A stretch of DNA of 54,713 nucleotides, from assembly GCA_018398765.1 (NCBI GenBank), contig JAHBMJ010000191.1:1-54713 (forward strand), read 5' to 3'. A model generated the notes under the pieces. The model was not told the origin of the DNA and made no database searches. It saw nothing but the letters and a program-made list of their open reading frames with translations. A program made the translations under genes and the position numbers. Below are positions 38,402 through 51,712 of the stretch, in pieces (position 1 is the first letter of the stretch; every line of letters begins with the position of its first letter). Source of the DNA: Chromera velia (lineage: Eukaryota).

Positions 38402-41400
38402 GGGGGTTCATTCGTCCTTCGACGTCCCCCTTCGGTGCGCCGGCATTCTTTGTGAAGAAGAAGGATGGCACCTTCCGCATGGTGATCGACTACAGACCTC
38501 CCAACAAGGTGACGGTGAAGGACACCTTCCCACTCCCGCATGCAGAGGAGCTGATGGAGACCTTCTTTGGAAAGAGATGGTTCACGAAGCTAGACTTGCG
38601 TCAGTTTTTCCACCAGCTCCGCATTACAATGGGAGACAGCTACAAGACTGCTTTCATCACCAGGTAGGAAACATCTGAGTGGTTAGTAATGCCCTTCGGT
38701 GTCTCGAATGCACCGCCCGCAAGCATACGACTGATTACGCTTGCGATACGACCTGCACTAGGCCGGTGTGTCATCGTCTTCATCAACGACATCCTTGTGT
38801 ACAGCCGGACACTGGCATAGCATATGAAGGACATTAAGTGGGTACTGGATCTCTTGAGAGTGAGCAATCTCTATGTCAAGATCAAGAAGTGCGAGTTCTT
38901 GACCAACAGCACCCACTTCCTGGGGTTTGTCATCGACGCGAAGGGCATCATGCCCGAACGCCTGAAACTCGAGCTCATTCGAGACTGGCCGGATCTAAAA
39001 GACCTACACGAGCTGCGAATCTTTCTCGGGGCAGCCAATTAGGTTTGGAAGTTTATGAGAGGTTTTGTGTCGATCGCGCAGCCCCTGACGAAGGCATTGA
39101 AGAAGGGAGTGAAGTTCACGTGGATCGAGGAGATGAAGACAGCCTTCTGCTCACTAAAGGAAGCGATCATCAACATCACCTCGCTGTACATCCCCGATCC
39201 TGAACATCCATTTAAGATCTTCGGGGACGTGTCTGAACAGAGGAATGCACTCGGAGGTGCATTGATGCAGCAGGACCCATGTGTTGGTTGGCTCCGTCCG
39301 GTGGCCTTCGCATTGAGAACACTGATGAAAGAGGAGAGGAACTACCCAATCAGAGAGAAGGAGTTGCTTGCTGCCATCTTTCTCCTCAAACACTGGTACC
39401 CGTACGTCAGTGAGACGACGACAGTGTGGACAGACTATGAGAGCCTCAAGACACTCGACTTGACAGCTGCATCTTATGCAGAAGCTCGAGGACGTGTGAG
39501 GAGATGGATGTCTTTCCTGCAGGAGCTGGGGGTGAAGCTGAAGTACCTCCCAGGTACGAAGAACACTCTCGCCAACGCCTTGTCTCAGCATCCTCTTTCA
39601 GAAAGAGCATACGCAGCAATGGGTTATGAGATTTGTTTGCAGACGAGCAGCAGCCTCCTTCTAGATAAAGACTTTCTCCAGAAAGTCAGAGATGGCTATC
39701 GGAAAGACAAATTCTTTCACGATGCCCTGTTCTTTCTGTCTCCACGTGCTAAGGGACAGAAGCGAGAGGAGCCGCCGCCTTTCTTGCGCTTTCAACTGTC
39801 ACATATGGAGATGAGAGACGGACTCTTCTACTATAAGAACAGGCTGGTCATCCCCATGAAGAAATTGCAGAGAAATCTGATCTTTGAGTGTCACGACGTC
39901 CCAGGCGCGGGGCATTTGGCGATTGAGAAAACCTACCTACGACTGATTGAAGACTTTTACTGGCCAAACATGTTCTCTTCAGTCGCTGCCTATATTCCTC
40001 GCTGTGACGCGTGCCTCCAGAACAAGCAAGCGAATCAGAAGCCTTTCGGACTTTTGCAACCCCTGCCTATTCCTGCTCGGCCTTACGATTCGGTCTCGAT
40101 AGATTTTATCTATGCCCTCCCACGTGTACACTTTCAAGGTGAGTGGGTGGACTCAGTTCTGACTGTGGTTGATCGTTTGTCCAAGCGGTCTCACTAGATT
40201 CCGTGTGTGATGACGATCACTGCAGAAGGAGCAGCGCGCCTCTTTTATGATCACATTGTCTGCTCCCACGGTCTCCTGTTGGAGATTATCATTGTGTCAG
40301 ATCGAGACCCAAGGTGGATGGCGGAGTTCTGGAGAAGACTGTACAAACTGGCAGGGACCCGCCTGATGATGTTATCATCCGGGCACCCTCAGACAGACAG
40401 GCAGAGTGAGATCTTTAACCGAACGCTGGAGATAATATTGCAATGTTTTTGTGGAGATCATCAGTCTGAGTGGCCCAAGTTTCTGTCATCGCTTGAGTTT
40501 GCGTGCATCTCAAGTACGTACTCAGGTTTGAAGGCAATACCACATGCAGTTCTTTACGGCTTGGAGGCAAGGACTTTCCCGTCTCTACTGGTTGTAGGAC
40601 GCACAGCGACAGTAGCAAAAGACTTTCATCTGCGCTGTCAGGCCCTCTTTAAAGAGATGAAGGAGCGACTTGAGAGAGCGAATGAAGAAGCAAAGAGGAA
40701 GGCCGACCAGAAGAGAAGGGAAGCGACTTTCGTTCCAGAAGACTGGGCGCTAGTGCACTAGAAATTTTTTGAGAGTGAGCGCCTTCCTTCCGAACGGAAA
40801 GCTAAGCTAAGCCACATTTGGTATGTGCTGTTCGAGATTGATAAGAAGGTCGGGGGGGTGAGTTATGAACTCATGTTCCCCACTGGAGTCAAGAAGTATC
40901 CAGTTGTCCACGTCTCTTACATGAAGGCGTACCCTGTCTCCCCCGAAGACCCTCCACCCCGTGTGCTCTTGCCAAGATTCAAGGAGGTAGAGTGGGAGGT
41001 CGATAGGGTCGTTGACATACGAGGGAAAGGGAGGACGCTGGAGTATCATGTGGTTTGGAAGGGATATTCGAAGACTGAAGCGACTTGGAAACCGCCCGAA
41101 AACCTAAAGAACGCAAAGGACGCTATCAAAGCCTTCAGAGAGCTTCGAAGACTTTGTTGACAAAGAGGGAAATGGGGAAGGAAACAAGGGATTCATGGGA
41201 ATATTCAGGTATGTCTCTTTCTCTTTGTGTTACTCTTATTATCTGCTTTGCTCTCGTTAATCTATTCTCCCTCACTCTTTTCCTTGACTTTCTTGTGCCT
41301 TGCTGATTAGAAACAGAATGAAAGAAAGAAAGAAAGAAAGGAAAGAAGGAATGAAGGAAATTTTTTGAGAGTGAGCGCCTTCCTTCCGAACGGAAAGCCA

Positions 41401-41917
41401 AGCTGAGCCACATTTGGTATGCGCCGTTCAAGATTGATACGAAGGTGGGGGGGGTGAGTTATGAACTCATGTTCCCCGCTGGAGTCAAGAAGTATCCAGT
41501 TGTCCATATCTCTTATATAAAGGCATACCCTGTCTCCCCCGAAGACCCTCCACCCCGTGTGCTCTTGCCAAGATTCAAGGAGGTGGAGTGGGAGGTCGAT
41601 AGGGTCGTTGACATGCGAGGGAAAGGGAGGACGCTGGAGTATCGTGTGGTTTGGAAGGGATATTCGAAGACTGAAGCGATGTGAAAACCGCCCAAGAACT
41701 TGAAAAACGCAAAGGACGCGATCAGAGCCTTCAGGAAGCTTCGAAGACTTCGTTGACAAAGAGGGAAATAGGGAAGGAAACAAAGGATTCATGGAAACAT
41801 TCAGGTATGTCTCTTTTTCTTTGTGTTACTCTTATTATCTGCTTTGCTCTCGTCAATCTATTCTCCCTCACTCTTTTCCTTGACTTTCTTGTGCCTTGCT
41901 GATTAGAAATAGAATGA

Positions 41918-41957
<40 letters not shown>

Positions 41958-41977
41958 AAAAAAGAAAGAAAGAAGAA

Positions 41978-42009
<32 letters not shown>

Positions 42010-42437
42010 AGAAAAGAAAGAAAGAAAGAAAGAAAGAAAAAAAGGAAAGAAGGAATGAAGGAAGGAAGAGAATGAAGAGTAGAAGGAGAAGAAATGAAAG
42101 CAAATAAAAGCTGGAACAAGAAGGAATGAAAATAGAGGAAAGGTGGAAAGAAAAAGAAGGAAAAGAACTTACACACTGAAATATAGACAACAGCTCAAGA
42201 AGTTGCTAACGTACTTCTTTCGTGAGGAGGGAGAGGTGTGTACATTGATTGACGTACTGATACACTGATTGACGCACTGACACACTGACATTAAATGGAA
42301 TGACTCGAGATCACTTTCTGTCTTACTTTTCTATTTTCCCCAATTCTTCTGTCAAGTTTTCCTGTAAGGATCCTTTCGGTGCAGTACCATGCACATTTTC
42401 TCCCCTGCGTCTTAATCCCTATCTTTTTATGCATATC
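38402..42437 (+). mobile_element. 5'-truncated Ty3/gypsy chromovirus-type element 3 (pol, duplicated chromodomain end, start of 3' LTR)
   Basis: RT ([29 protein letters not shown]), RNase H, integrase (HD...GHL..EKT, PARPYD, SDRD), chromodomain EWEVDRVVD...Y.V.WKGY...TW ending 41160. Purine tract 42224-42236 followed by TG-starting LTR-like sequence. Many in-frame TAGs. Confidence 0.92.
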
Positions 42438-42781
42438 CGTAAGGAGGTAGCTCCTCTTCTCCTAAGTGATCGCACTTAGTTCAGTTAGATCTCTACTACG
42501 GAAAGTCTGTTAATTCAAGGTTCACTTCCAAACTGCTTCTAGAAGCTTTGCAAGCAACTATTGTTTACTCAATCCAGGTTATACGCAGCTAATTGAGTTA
42601 ATTGCATTTTATTTCTATTTTATTTAATTTTTTTCTAATACAGACTGGCATAGCGGCGCCTCCATGAGCCTGCGTGCATGTGTTGGTCTCTGAGTTGCGG
42701 GCGTCCCGTGCGGCGGCAGTGCGCGTTAGTTCGGCTCACCTCGGGATTGGCCGGTCCCGTGGCTCGCCTCACTATGTTACG
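42438..42781 (-). repeat. 3' LTR of element 2
   Basis: Matches 48005-48348 with 16 substitutions by manual count. Confidence 0.97.
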
Positions 42782-42952
42782 TGCCCCTCCCCCTTGGAGC
42801 ATGTGTCCCACACGCTCTGTCCTTCTTCTCAGCTTTTCTGCGGTTAACTGCCAACCAAAATTGACCGTACAATTCCTGTCTATTCACTTTGATCGTCGTT
42901 TGAATTCTTCGATTTTCTCCTTCGCATTTCGGAGGTGGGAGACTGGCTCTCA

Positions 42953-43348
<396 letters not shown>

Positions 43349-44320
43349 TCAGATTTGACTGGACTGGGCTGCTTCGAGAGAGGCGCGGGCAGACTCAATG
43401 GCTTCTCTGTGTTCCTTCAAAAAGTCAGAGGCCTTGGGGGAAGGCTGGACAGAAGGGGAAAGAGAAAGAGTAGGGAGCATGAAGGGTTCTCTTCCTTGTT
43501 CAAGCTAAAAAGGAGAGCGACCTGTCCCAACATGGACAGATGTGTTGTATGCAAACTCAAGGGACGGGGTGAATTCTGCCCATCGGTGATGCTGGGTCTC
43601 AACGAGACAACGGAGGGCCTTCTTGATTGTTCGATTCATGCGTTCTGCTGACCCTGGTGTGTCGTGGTGTGCCGTCGTGGAGAACGACAGGTGCGTGCCT
43701 GAGAGGGTGTGTAGGGTCTGCCAGAATCGAGATAGAAAACGGGGGTCTCTGTCACTGAGGATCGTACGCTGCCACCCCTTCTTTACTGTGACGTTTTCAT
43801 AATATAGCCGGCCTGCCTGCTCTGCTGTTACTGTTGTGTGGGTCCGGATTAGGCATACCCCTTTTGACAGAGAGTCAGTGACAACCATAAGATAGTCAAA
43901 CTGTTCATCCCCAGAGGTGGGCAGTCTAATGAGGAAATCAATTTGAGTGACTTCCCATGGGTAGTTGGGAACAGGGAGCGGTCGGAGGAGACCGGGTGGC
44001 GCTCGGCTGGGAGCTTTGCTTCTCTGGCAGGGATCACAAGCATAAACGAATCTGCGTACATCTCTCTACATCTGAGGCCAGAAGTACCTCTCTGCCATTC
44101 GACTGTAGGTTTTCCCAACGGTCACCCCAAAGTGTGCACTCTCTGGAGATGAGTGGCTCTCCTGAATAAGAGCCGTGCGCTGTGAGCGAGGGACACAAAG
44201 GCGGTCCCCCCGGAACAACAAACCCTCTCTCAGAGAGAGACCTTTCAAACGGGGCACCAGATAAGGGGGGGGAAGTTTGTTTGGAGAATTCTTCAGGTGA
44301 GCATGCACTGGGGCAAACTA

Positions 44321-44785
<465 letters not shown>

Positions 44786-47700
44786 TCAAACTTTCGCAAA
44801 ATGGACAATCGCCAACAGCTCTAACTCCCTCACTGGGTAGCGTGCCTTAGTGGGGGTCAGGCGGCGGGAGCCGAAGGCAAGCGGACGGTATGCCCCTGTC
44901 TTCTGACAGCGCTGAATGGCAACTGCTCCGATGGCTTGATGCAACTGTGAGGCGTCGTGTGCAATGTAGACAGGCTGACTGGGGTCAGGCAGTGCAAGGG
45001 TGGCAAGCTCAAAGACGGCTTTCTTTAGAGCAACGAATGCCTGATCATGCACAGGCTCCTACACAAAGGGGATTGAGGTGCGGAGAAGAGAGAGAAGGGG
45101 AGAAGCAACCTGGCTGTACCCCCTAACAAACTTCCGAAACTAATTCCCTAACCCCAAAAACTGACGCAGTGAAGTGCGGTCGGTCGGCTTGGGGAAGTCC
45201 TGGAGTCCCTGCACCTTCTCAGGCGCAGGCCTGAATCCACCCTCACTGATAACCAGCCCCAGGAACTTGGCTTCCGTCCGGAACCAATCATACTTCGACA
45301 GTTTGACATAGAGAGACTCGTCGGCGAGGAGCTGGAGGACGGCCTTCACATCTCTCTCGTGTTCCTTAGGAGTGCGGCAGAAAATCAAGAGATCATCAAT
45401 AAAAACAATTATACACATGTCTAATAAAGGGCGCAATGTCTTACTGATCATACGCATGCTGATACCAGGCGCATTGCAGTAACCAAACGGCATGACCAGC
45501 CACTCAAACGTACCATACCTTGTTACGATAGCAGTCTTCTCCTCGTCGCCCTCAGCCACCCGGATCTGATGGAAGTACTGTCTCAAGTCGAGAGACGAGA
45601 AGTACTTAGCCCCGTGCAGGCGGGAAATCAAGTCATACGGATGCGGCAGGGGATATCTGTCCCTCCCACAGATCTTGTTCAGCTGCGTGTAATCAATACA
45701 CATACGTTGAGTGCCGTCAGCCCTCGTGACAAAAAGGACAGGGGCAGCAAACGGGGAGTTGGAAGGGCGGATCTGACCCTTGGCCAAGTACGACTCCAAC
45801 TGTTTTCGGAGCTCATCAAGCTGCCCGTAGGTGAGCCTATATGGAGCTTGAGCAGGTGGGTGGTGACCTAGCTCGAGTTTGATGTGACACTCGACTTCCC
45901 TCTTGGGCGGGAGGGTGGGAATCTCATTCAGGAAGATGCTGAAATGCTTCTCCAGAACCTTCCTCATCCCCGGCCTCATTCCTTCCTCCTGCACTTCCCT
46001 GCAGAAATCTGTATAATCATCCGAATTGACCGGGTGATCGGGTGGGAATGACAAGAGAGGCGGGGGCTTCAGAGGATCTGTGTCGTGGCTCCTTAGATTC
46101 GGTTGACCTCCAGGGGGGAGGAAATGGAGGAAAGAGGGCAGACTTCAAGACGGTAGCACCGGAAGGTGGTAGATTCCTTCTTGGAAACCTACGGATCTCT
46201 TTGCAGGTCAGGGGCTCAGGCTCGGCCCCCGGAATGTGGTAGATTTTCGAGTCATACAGTGTGAACTACGACCCGGAGGGAGAACGATCTGCAGCGATGA
46301 AGAGACACTTCGCTTCGAAATCGGGAAGGGGTTTAAAGGTCTCACAGAAGGGCATCCCCGGGACCACATCATAATCCTCGTCCAGATCGAGTACAGTCAT
46401 GGTCAGAGGGGCTGCGAAGTCCTGAATTCTCAGATCGATGTCGGGCGCCTCCCATTGGACAGTAGTCAAAGGAGCCTGCACACCATCGAGACGGATGCCC
46501 CCTTTGCATGTGGAAGGCTCCAAGGCAGACAAACGGAACTCCTCGGCCTCAACGACTCTCTTGCTCACATAAATGGAGTCCGCCCCTGGATCCTAAAGGG
46601 CACGGATTGGGATACTATTCGCTGTGCCGTAGAAGGTGATCAATTTCCCCCTCCTGCCTGTCCTGCCCCCAGTCGTGGAGTACATCCCTCTCGGGGGTGC
46701 ATTCTGCTGCTGGCGCTGTGACCACTGGGGAGGGTTCCCCTGGAACTGCGGTGGTGGACACAGTTCAGAGGGAGGCGTAAGCCCCTGTGGGATGACTGGA
46801 TTCCCCCACTGTCCCTGCATCGAACCACCGTAGTGCTGCTGCACCCCACTCTGTAGGTTGTGCATGCGTCCTTGACCTCCATAGAAATTTCTCTGACCCC
46901 CGTGACCCCTAGGACCCTGTTGTTGCTGTTGCTGCTTGCGGTTCCTACACTGGCGTGCAGAGTGTCCCACCGCGTGACAATTGAAGCACCTATTCTCTTG
47001 AATGTGCCTCTTGATCTCATCTCGGGAAAGGGAATAAATTCGGGAGATTCGGTTGAGATCTATCGGGACGGGCCCATCGTTTGATTGGGACTGAGGTTGC
47101 AAAGGCGGGTGCGAATCACTTCGCCCGTCTCTGCCCTGACCCCCGTAGTCTTTCTTTCTCCCCCCACTCAACAGTTGCTCGGCCTCCTCTGCATCCTTCA
47201 TCGCAGCATCGAGACTGTCAGGCTTTTTCCTCCTCACTTCCTTCCTCACCTTATCCGAAAGGCCCCGAATGTAGTCGTATATCAAATCGATCTCACTTAC
47301 ATCAACGATTCCTTCTGCAATATCGTTGAATCGGACAGAGTACTTGTGAACCCCCTCATTGCCCTGACAACGGACGTTCCGGACTTCCCCTCTCAAGTCT
47401 GTCTGCTTGTTTGGATCGGGGAAACGCTCGGACAGACGGGTGAAGAGATCTTCTACGTTGACAAAAGGAGAGGCGGACCTCTGCGTCTTGTCATACCATT
47501 GCTTGAGGAATCGGGAGAAGTACTGACGCACAGACCCCAACTGCTTCGACACCTGAATATCGGAGAGCTGTATGTATTCCCTCATATCCGCAACCCAACC
47601 TTCGAGCAACTTTCGGTCCCCATGAAACACCGGCGGCTCTTTCGCCTTGAAGTTCGACCGCTGGGGAGGTGGAGAAGTCGGCTATTGATTCATCCGCTGC

Positions 47701-47989
47701 TGCTGCTGCTGTTCTGGTGTCTGCTGCTGCTGTTGATGGATTGGGCCCCCGTCGGTGGCTGTTTGTTACTACTGTGCTTCTAGAGCGTCCATCTGTTGTT
47801 GCTGAAGTTGTTACGTCTGCTGTACCTGGATCATCTGCTGCTGCATGAATTGCTGCCCCTCCAGCAATTGCTGCAGAACCTGCTCCATCGAGAGAGAGTC
47901 GTGGGAGAAGAAAAGAATTTACTTGCCAAGAAAGAAGATGACTGTTACAGGATTAGACCAAGCAACAGAAGTCCTGGAGAGATCAACCA

Positions 47990-48004
47990 GGCTCTGTGCT
48001 ACCA
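47990..48004 (-). other. Primer-binding site of element 2 (probably tRNA-iMet type)
   Basis: TGGTAGCACAGAGCC abuts the 5' LTR. TGG pairs with the tRNA CCA end. Confidence 0.75.
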
Positions 48005-48348
48005 CGTAAGGAGGTAACTCCTCTTCTCCTAAGTGATCGCACTTAGTTTAGTTAGATCTCTACTACGGAAAGTCTGTCAGTTCAAAGTTCACTTCCAAAC
48101 TGCTTCTAGAAGCTTTGCAAGCAACTGTTGTTTACTCAATCCAGGTTATACGGAGCTAATTAAGTTAATTGCATTTTATTTCTATTTTATTTAATTCTCT
48201 TCTAATACAGACTGGCATGGCGGCGCCTCCATGAGCCTGCGTGCGTGTGTTGGTCTCTGAGCTGCGGGCGTCCCGTGCGGCGGCGGTGCACGTTAGTTCG
48301 GCTCACCCCGGGATTGGCCGGTCCCGTGGCTCGCCTCACTATGTTACG
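48005..48348 (-). repeat. 5' LTR of element 2
   Basis: Direct repeat of 42438-42781. Confidence 0.97.
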
Positions 48349-50129
48349 ATATCTCTTTTTTCCACTCTCTGATTCATGATGAATCTCTCTTCACGTCACT
48401 CCTGTTTTGAGAGGTATGCTCCTTTCTTTTATCTCTACTTCTTTCTTCTTCCCGAATCGAATCGATCGAACCTAAAAACGCCCTGCATGAGTGCAAGGCT
48501 CAGACAAGATTGTGTGAAGAATGTGTTTTAGTTCTGATCATGTGTGCGTAGAGGCCAATTAATTTTGAAGGCAGAACTTGCTTGGTAAAGAGCGTATAAA
48601 TGCACGTGCATGGGCATGAGTCTGTTCGTTATGGTGTGAGATAAGTCTGAAGCCACCAGTCATGGTCGGTCATTGCATATCGATTTCACGAGTAACTCGA
48701 TTTTATGTGGTGTTGATGTTTGATCGAGGGATCAGGTTTTAAGGGCATAAAAAGGAAGAGAGCGAGGAAACGGAAGTTTGTATATTATAGGTCGATCCTT
48801 AGCCTCTGTGTGGCAATTGAAATCGATTGAGATCTGAGTGCAGACTCTGAGAGCGTGTGTGGACACACGCCTTGGGAGGATGGGCATGTGTGACGTGAAT
48901 GCTTGTAGCCGCGTTACCACTAAGCGTTGGCGTGGGCCGGTTGGTGGCGTTGAGAGAACGCGTGATCTGCCTTGCAGGGCCAAGTGTCAACGCATACGCC
49001 CATAGCCACACCTATCAATACAGCTCCAGGACGGCTTTTGTTTATGGCATCCAGATTGACTATTAGGAGAACCGAACTTTGAAGTAAGACTTCTAGGGAA
49101 CGCTTCTAGGAACAGACCTTCTAATCTGTTATCTGAGCCTCGTGCTAGCTACAGTTCTGTCACAGGCTGACAGTGTGAATAGTATACTATTCAAACTATT
49201 TCTAGACAGGAAATTAGAGCACTACACTATTTATGAATAGTAAACTATTCATAGTATAAAGAATTTAAAACGTCAAAGAATATTCGAGATCAAGAATAAT
49301 ATTGAATAGTATACTATTCTGGAATAGTTACTATTCTGACAGCTAAAAAAAGAAGCCGACCCATAGATGTTAAACCTTCAAACTATAATCATTCATTGTT
49401 TTTTAAACATGGCAAGCAAAAATTGAAACTGATAAAACGTTTTATAAATGAAATTTAATGGTTTTTAAAGGGATTTTTTAGTGACCAGATTTGATTTGAT
49501 ATGATTTGATATGATTTGATTTGATTTGAGCTTCAAGCTCAAATCTGACCAGCCTTTGAGATTTGAGATAGATTTGAGGTTGAAGTCTAGAGGTCATTCT
49601 CAACAGCACTGAAGACGACATGACACAGTCGACACCACTAGCAAATCCTAGAAAGTGAAAGCCCTTAGCCCCAAACTTGAAGCTAGCCCTAGAGACAAGA
49701 AAAACACTAAAAACTAGACTAAAAGCTGAATTAAGACTCTCAAAATTAATGAGGCTTAAATGAGCTATTGTCAAACCTAAGAGCTTACTACATAAGTTTT
49801 TATCTTAGAGTCTGGATGACGGATTGCGCTCGAAGATTTGAGGTTAAAAGGTTAAATTTGACGTAGATTTAATAGGATTTGATAGACCCTATCATACTAA
49901 AGTTTCTTAGGCCTAAGATTTGATTTAAGGTTAAGCCTTGCTTCAATTTTTATAGATATATGCGTTTCTGAGCTTCTACAAAGCTCCTGCAGCTACAGCG
50001 GCAACCAGTTTGCCAGTGAATTCTCAGTGATCGTTTTTTCGTATTCAGGAGTGAACTGTGGGCGGAGTTCTTGTTATTTGACTTCTTTCGTCTCCGTCTC
50101 TTCTTCTCGAACTCTTTCCTCCTGCAGGG

Positions 50130-51712
50130 ATGGCAGATCTACAGGGAAGTGGAAGTGCCTAAGAGGTCCAGCAGGAAGCCGGAGATCAGAGCAAGCCCGG
50201 GGGGGAGGACGGGCGCGGGGCAGGGCACGCGGATGCGTCTGATGATGCCGAGGTTATGCTGAAAGATATTTTCCGGTCTCAACAAAGAATGGAAAAGAAA
50301 ATGGATGAGAGAGAGAGAAAGTCGAAGGAAAATTATGATAAGTTAAACAATGAAGTCTAAGGGCAGGGCAAGAAAATTCAGAGAGCGGAGACGAGGATCT
50401 CTAAACTTGAGAAGAGAGAGACGGGTCGTATGATTCATGATGAGTTCAAGGCAAGAGAAAGAAAGATCGGTGATCTCGTCATTCGTGGTTTCGACTTCTC
50501 CCGATGTACTGCGGTCACGGTCGCCTCTATCACAGATTATGAGAATGAAAGGAAGAAAGAAGTGCTTGACGGAAATGGAAGATGGGTGAAGCAGGTCGCT
50601 TTCCCTCAACAGAGGAAGGACTTCTCGTCCTTTGCCCCCGTTCGTCTGTTTTTCTCCAATCTGGCCGAGGCCGCTGGAAAGAAGAACCCCTCCCAGGTCT
50701 CCCAGCAACTCCAGATCCGTCACTTCAGGTACTGGACAGAGAGAGACGGGGGACACAAGGCCGAGATCACTCTGGATTCCGGTGATCGGGGGGACTGGAT
50801 GGATATAGTGGATTCGGTGAAGGAGAGGGAGGGAGTGAATAGGGATGGGTCGATCTTCTGGCCCCCCACAGACTCCAGTTCCCTCTCAACGGACGAGAGG
50901 GCATCCATGGGGAAGGTCTTCATCCATCGGGGTACCACTCCTCTGTTTTGTCTCTTCGTGCGGGTGCAAAAAGCCCTCGATGCGGAGGCGGAGGGGGAGG
51001 CCTCCTTCGCCCAACAAGCCCTCATCTCCAAGTATGCCCAGGTCTACCAGGATTGGAATGCTGCAACCAAGGGGCTTAAGGGGGAGAGAGTCGTCATCCG
51101 TCGTCTCTACGAGTTTCTGCAGGAGTGGCAGACCGGTTTGCCAGACAGGGAAGAGAGGGATGGGAATGATGAAAGAGAGGATAGGGGTAGGGACTCCGTT
51201 CTCAAGGGCAGTTGGAGGTTCTCAAGGGCAGTTGGAGGTCCGAAGACAGTCTATTCCCAGAGCCCGTCAGGGCGGACAAACCGGGTGCGCCAAAACGTGG
51301 GGCAAGGGGGTTCGGGGGGAATCCGGGCATGGTTGAGAAAGACCAACGTGCTCGGTCGAAGTTCGGGGGTGAGTGCATCCCGATGAGAGGTGGCTTCGGG
51401 GAGGTGTCTAGGGGGGCCTCTCGCTCTAGGTTGTTGGGGGCTGACGGGTGGGAAAGGGGGCCCACAGCTGAAGAGGATGAGATAAAGAACACACACTCCA
51501 GAGCAGAGGGGTGCGCGATGGGGCAAGTCACGTTCTTCCCGAGATCATTAGCACAGCAGCGCTCTCAGGCCTCCCCACCCACCGATGTATCTATGGGAAC
51601 GGGTCTATCGGGAACAGATGCCTCTGTTGTGCAGAGCCTTATGCACATCAATGGACTGAAGGGGGGGGAATCGGGGGAAGGGGACGGGGGGGTGCGGCCC
51701 CTCCAGTATTGA
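50130..51712 (+). pseudogene. Non-LTR retrotransposon ORF1-like relic (coiled coil plus RRM-like region)
   Basis: One ancestral frame from ATG 50130 with two TAA stops, a charged coiled coil, ERKIGDLVIRGF and KVFIHRGTTP (resembling LINE ORF1 motifs). A 20-bp tandem duplication at 51198-51237 accounts exactly for the shift into ORF 51212-51712. Confidence 0.6.

Noticed and set aside
47680..47888. Ciliate-like recoding (TAA/TAG = Gln) or TAG = Trp, suggested by in-frame stops
   Set aside because: TAG replaces both Gln and Trp, TGA also replaces Trp and Arg, intact host exons contain no such codons, and the HDAC model ends in TAA. Mutation explains all of these.
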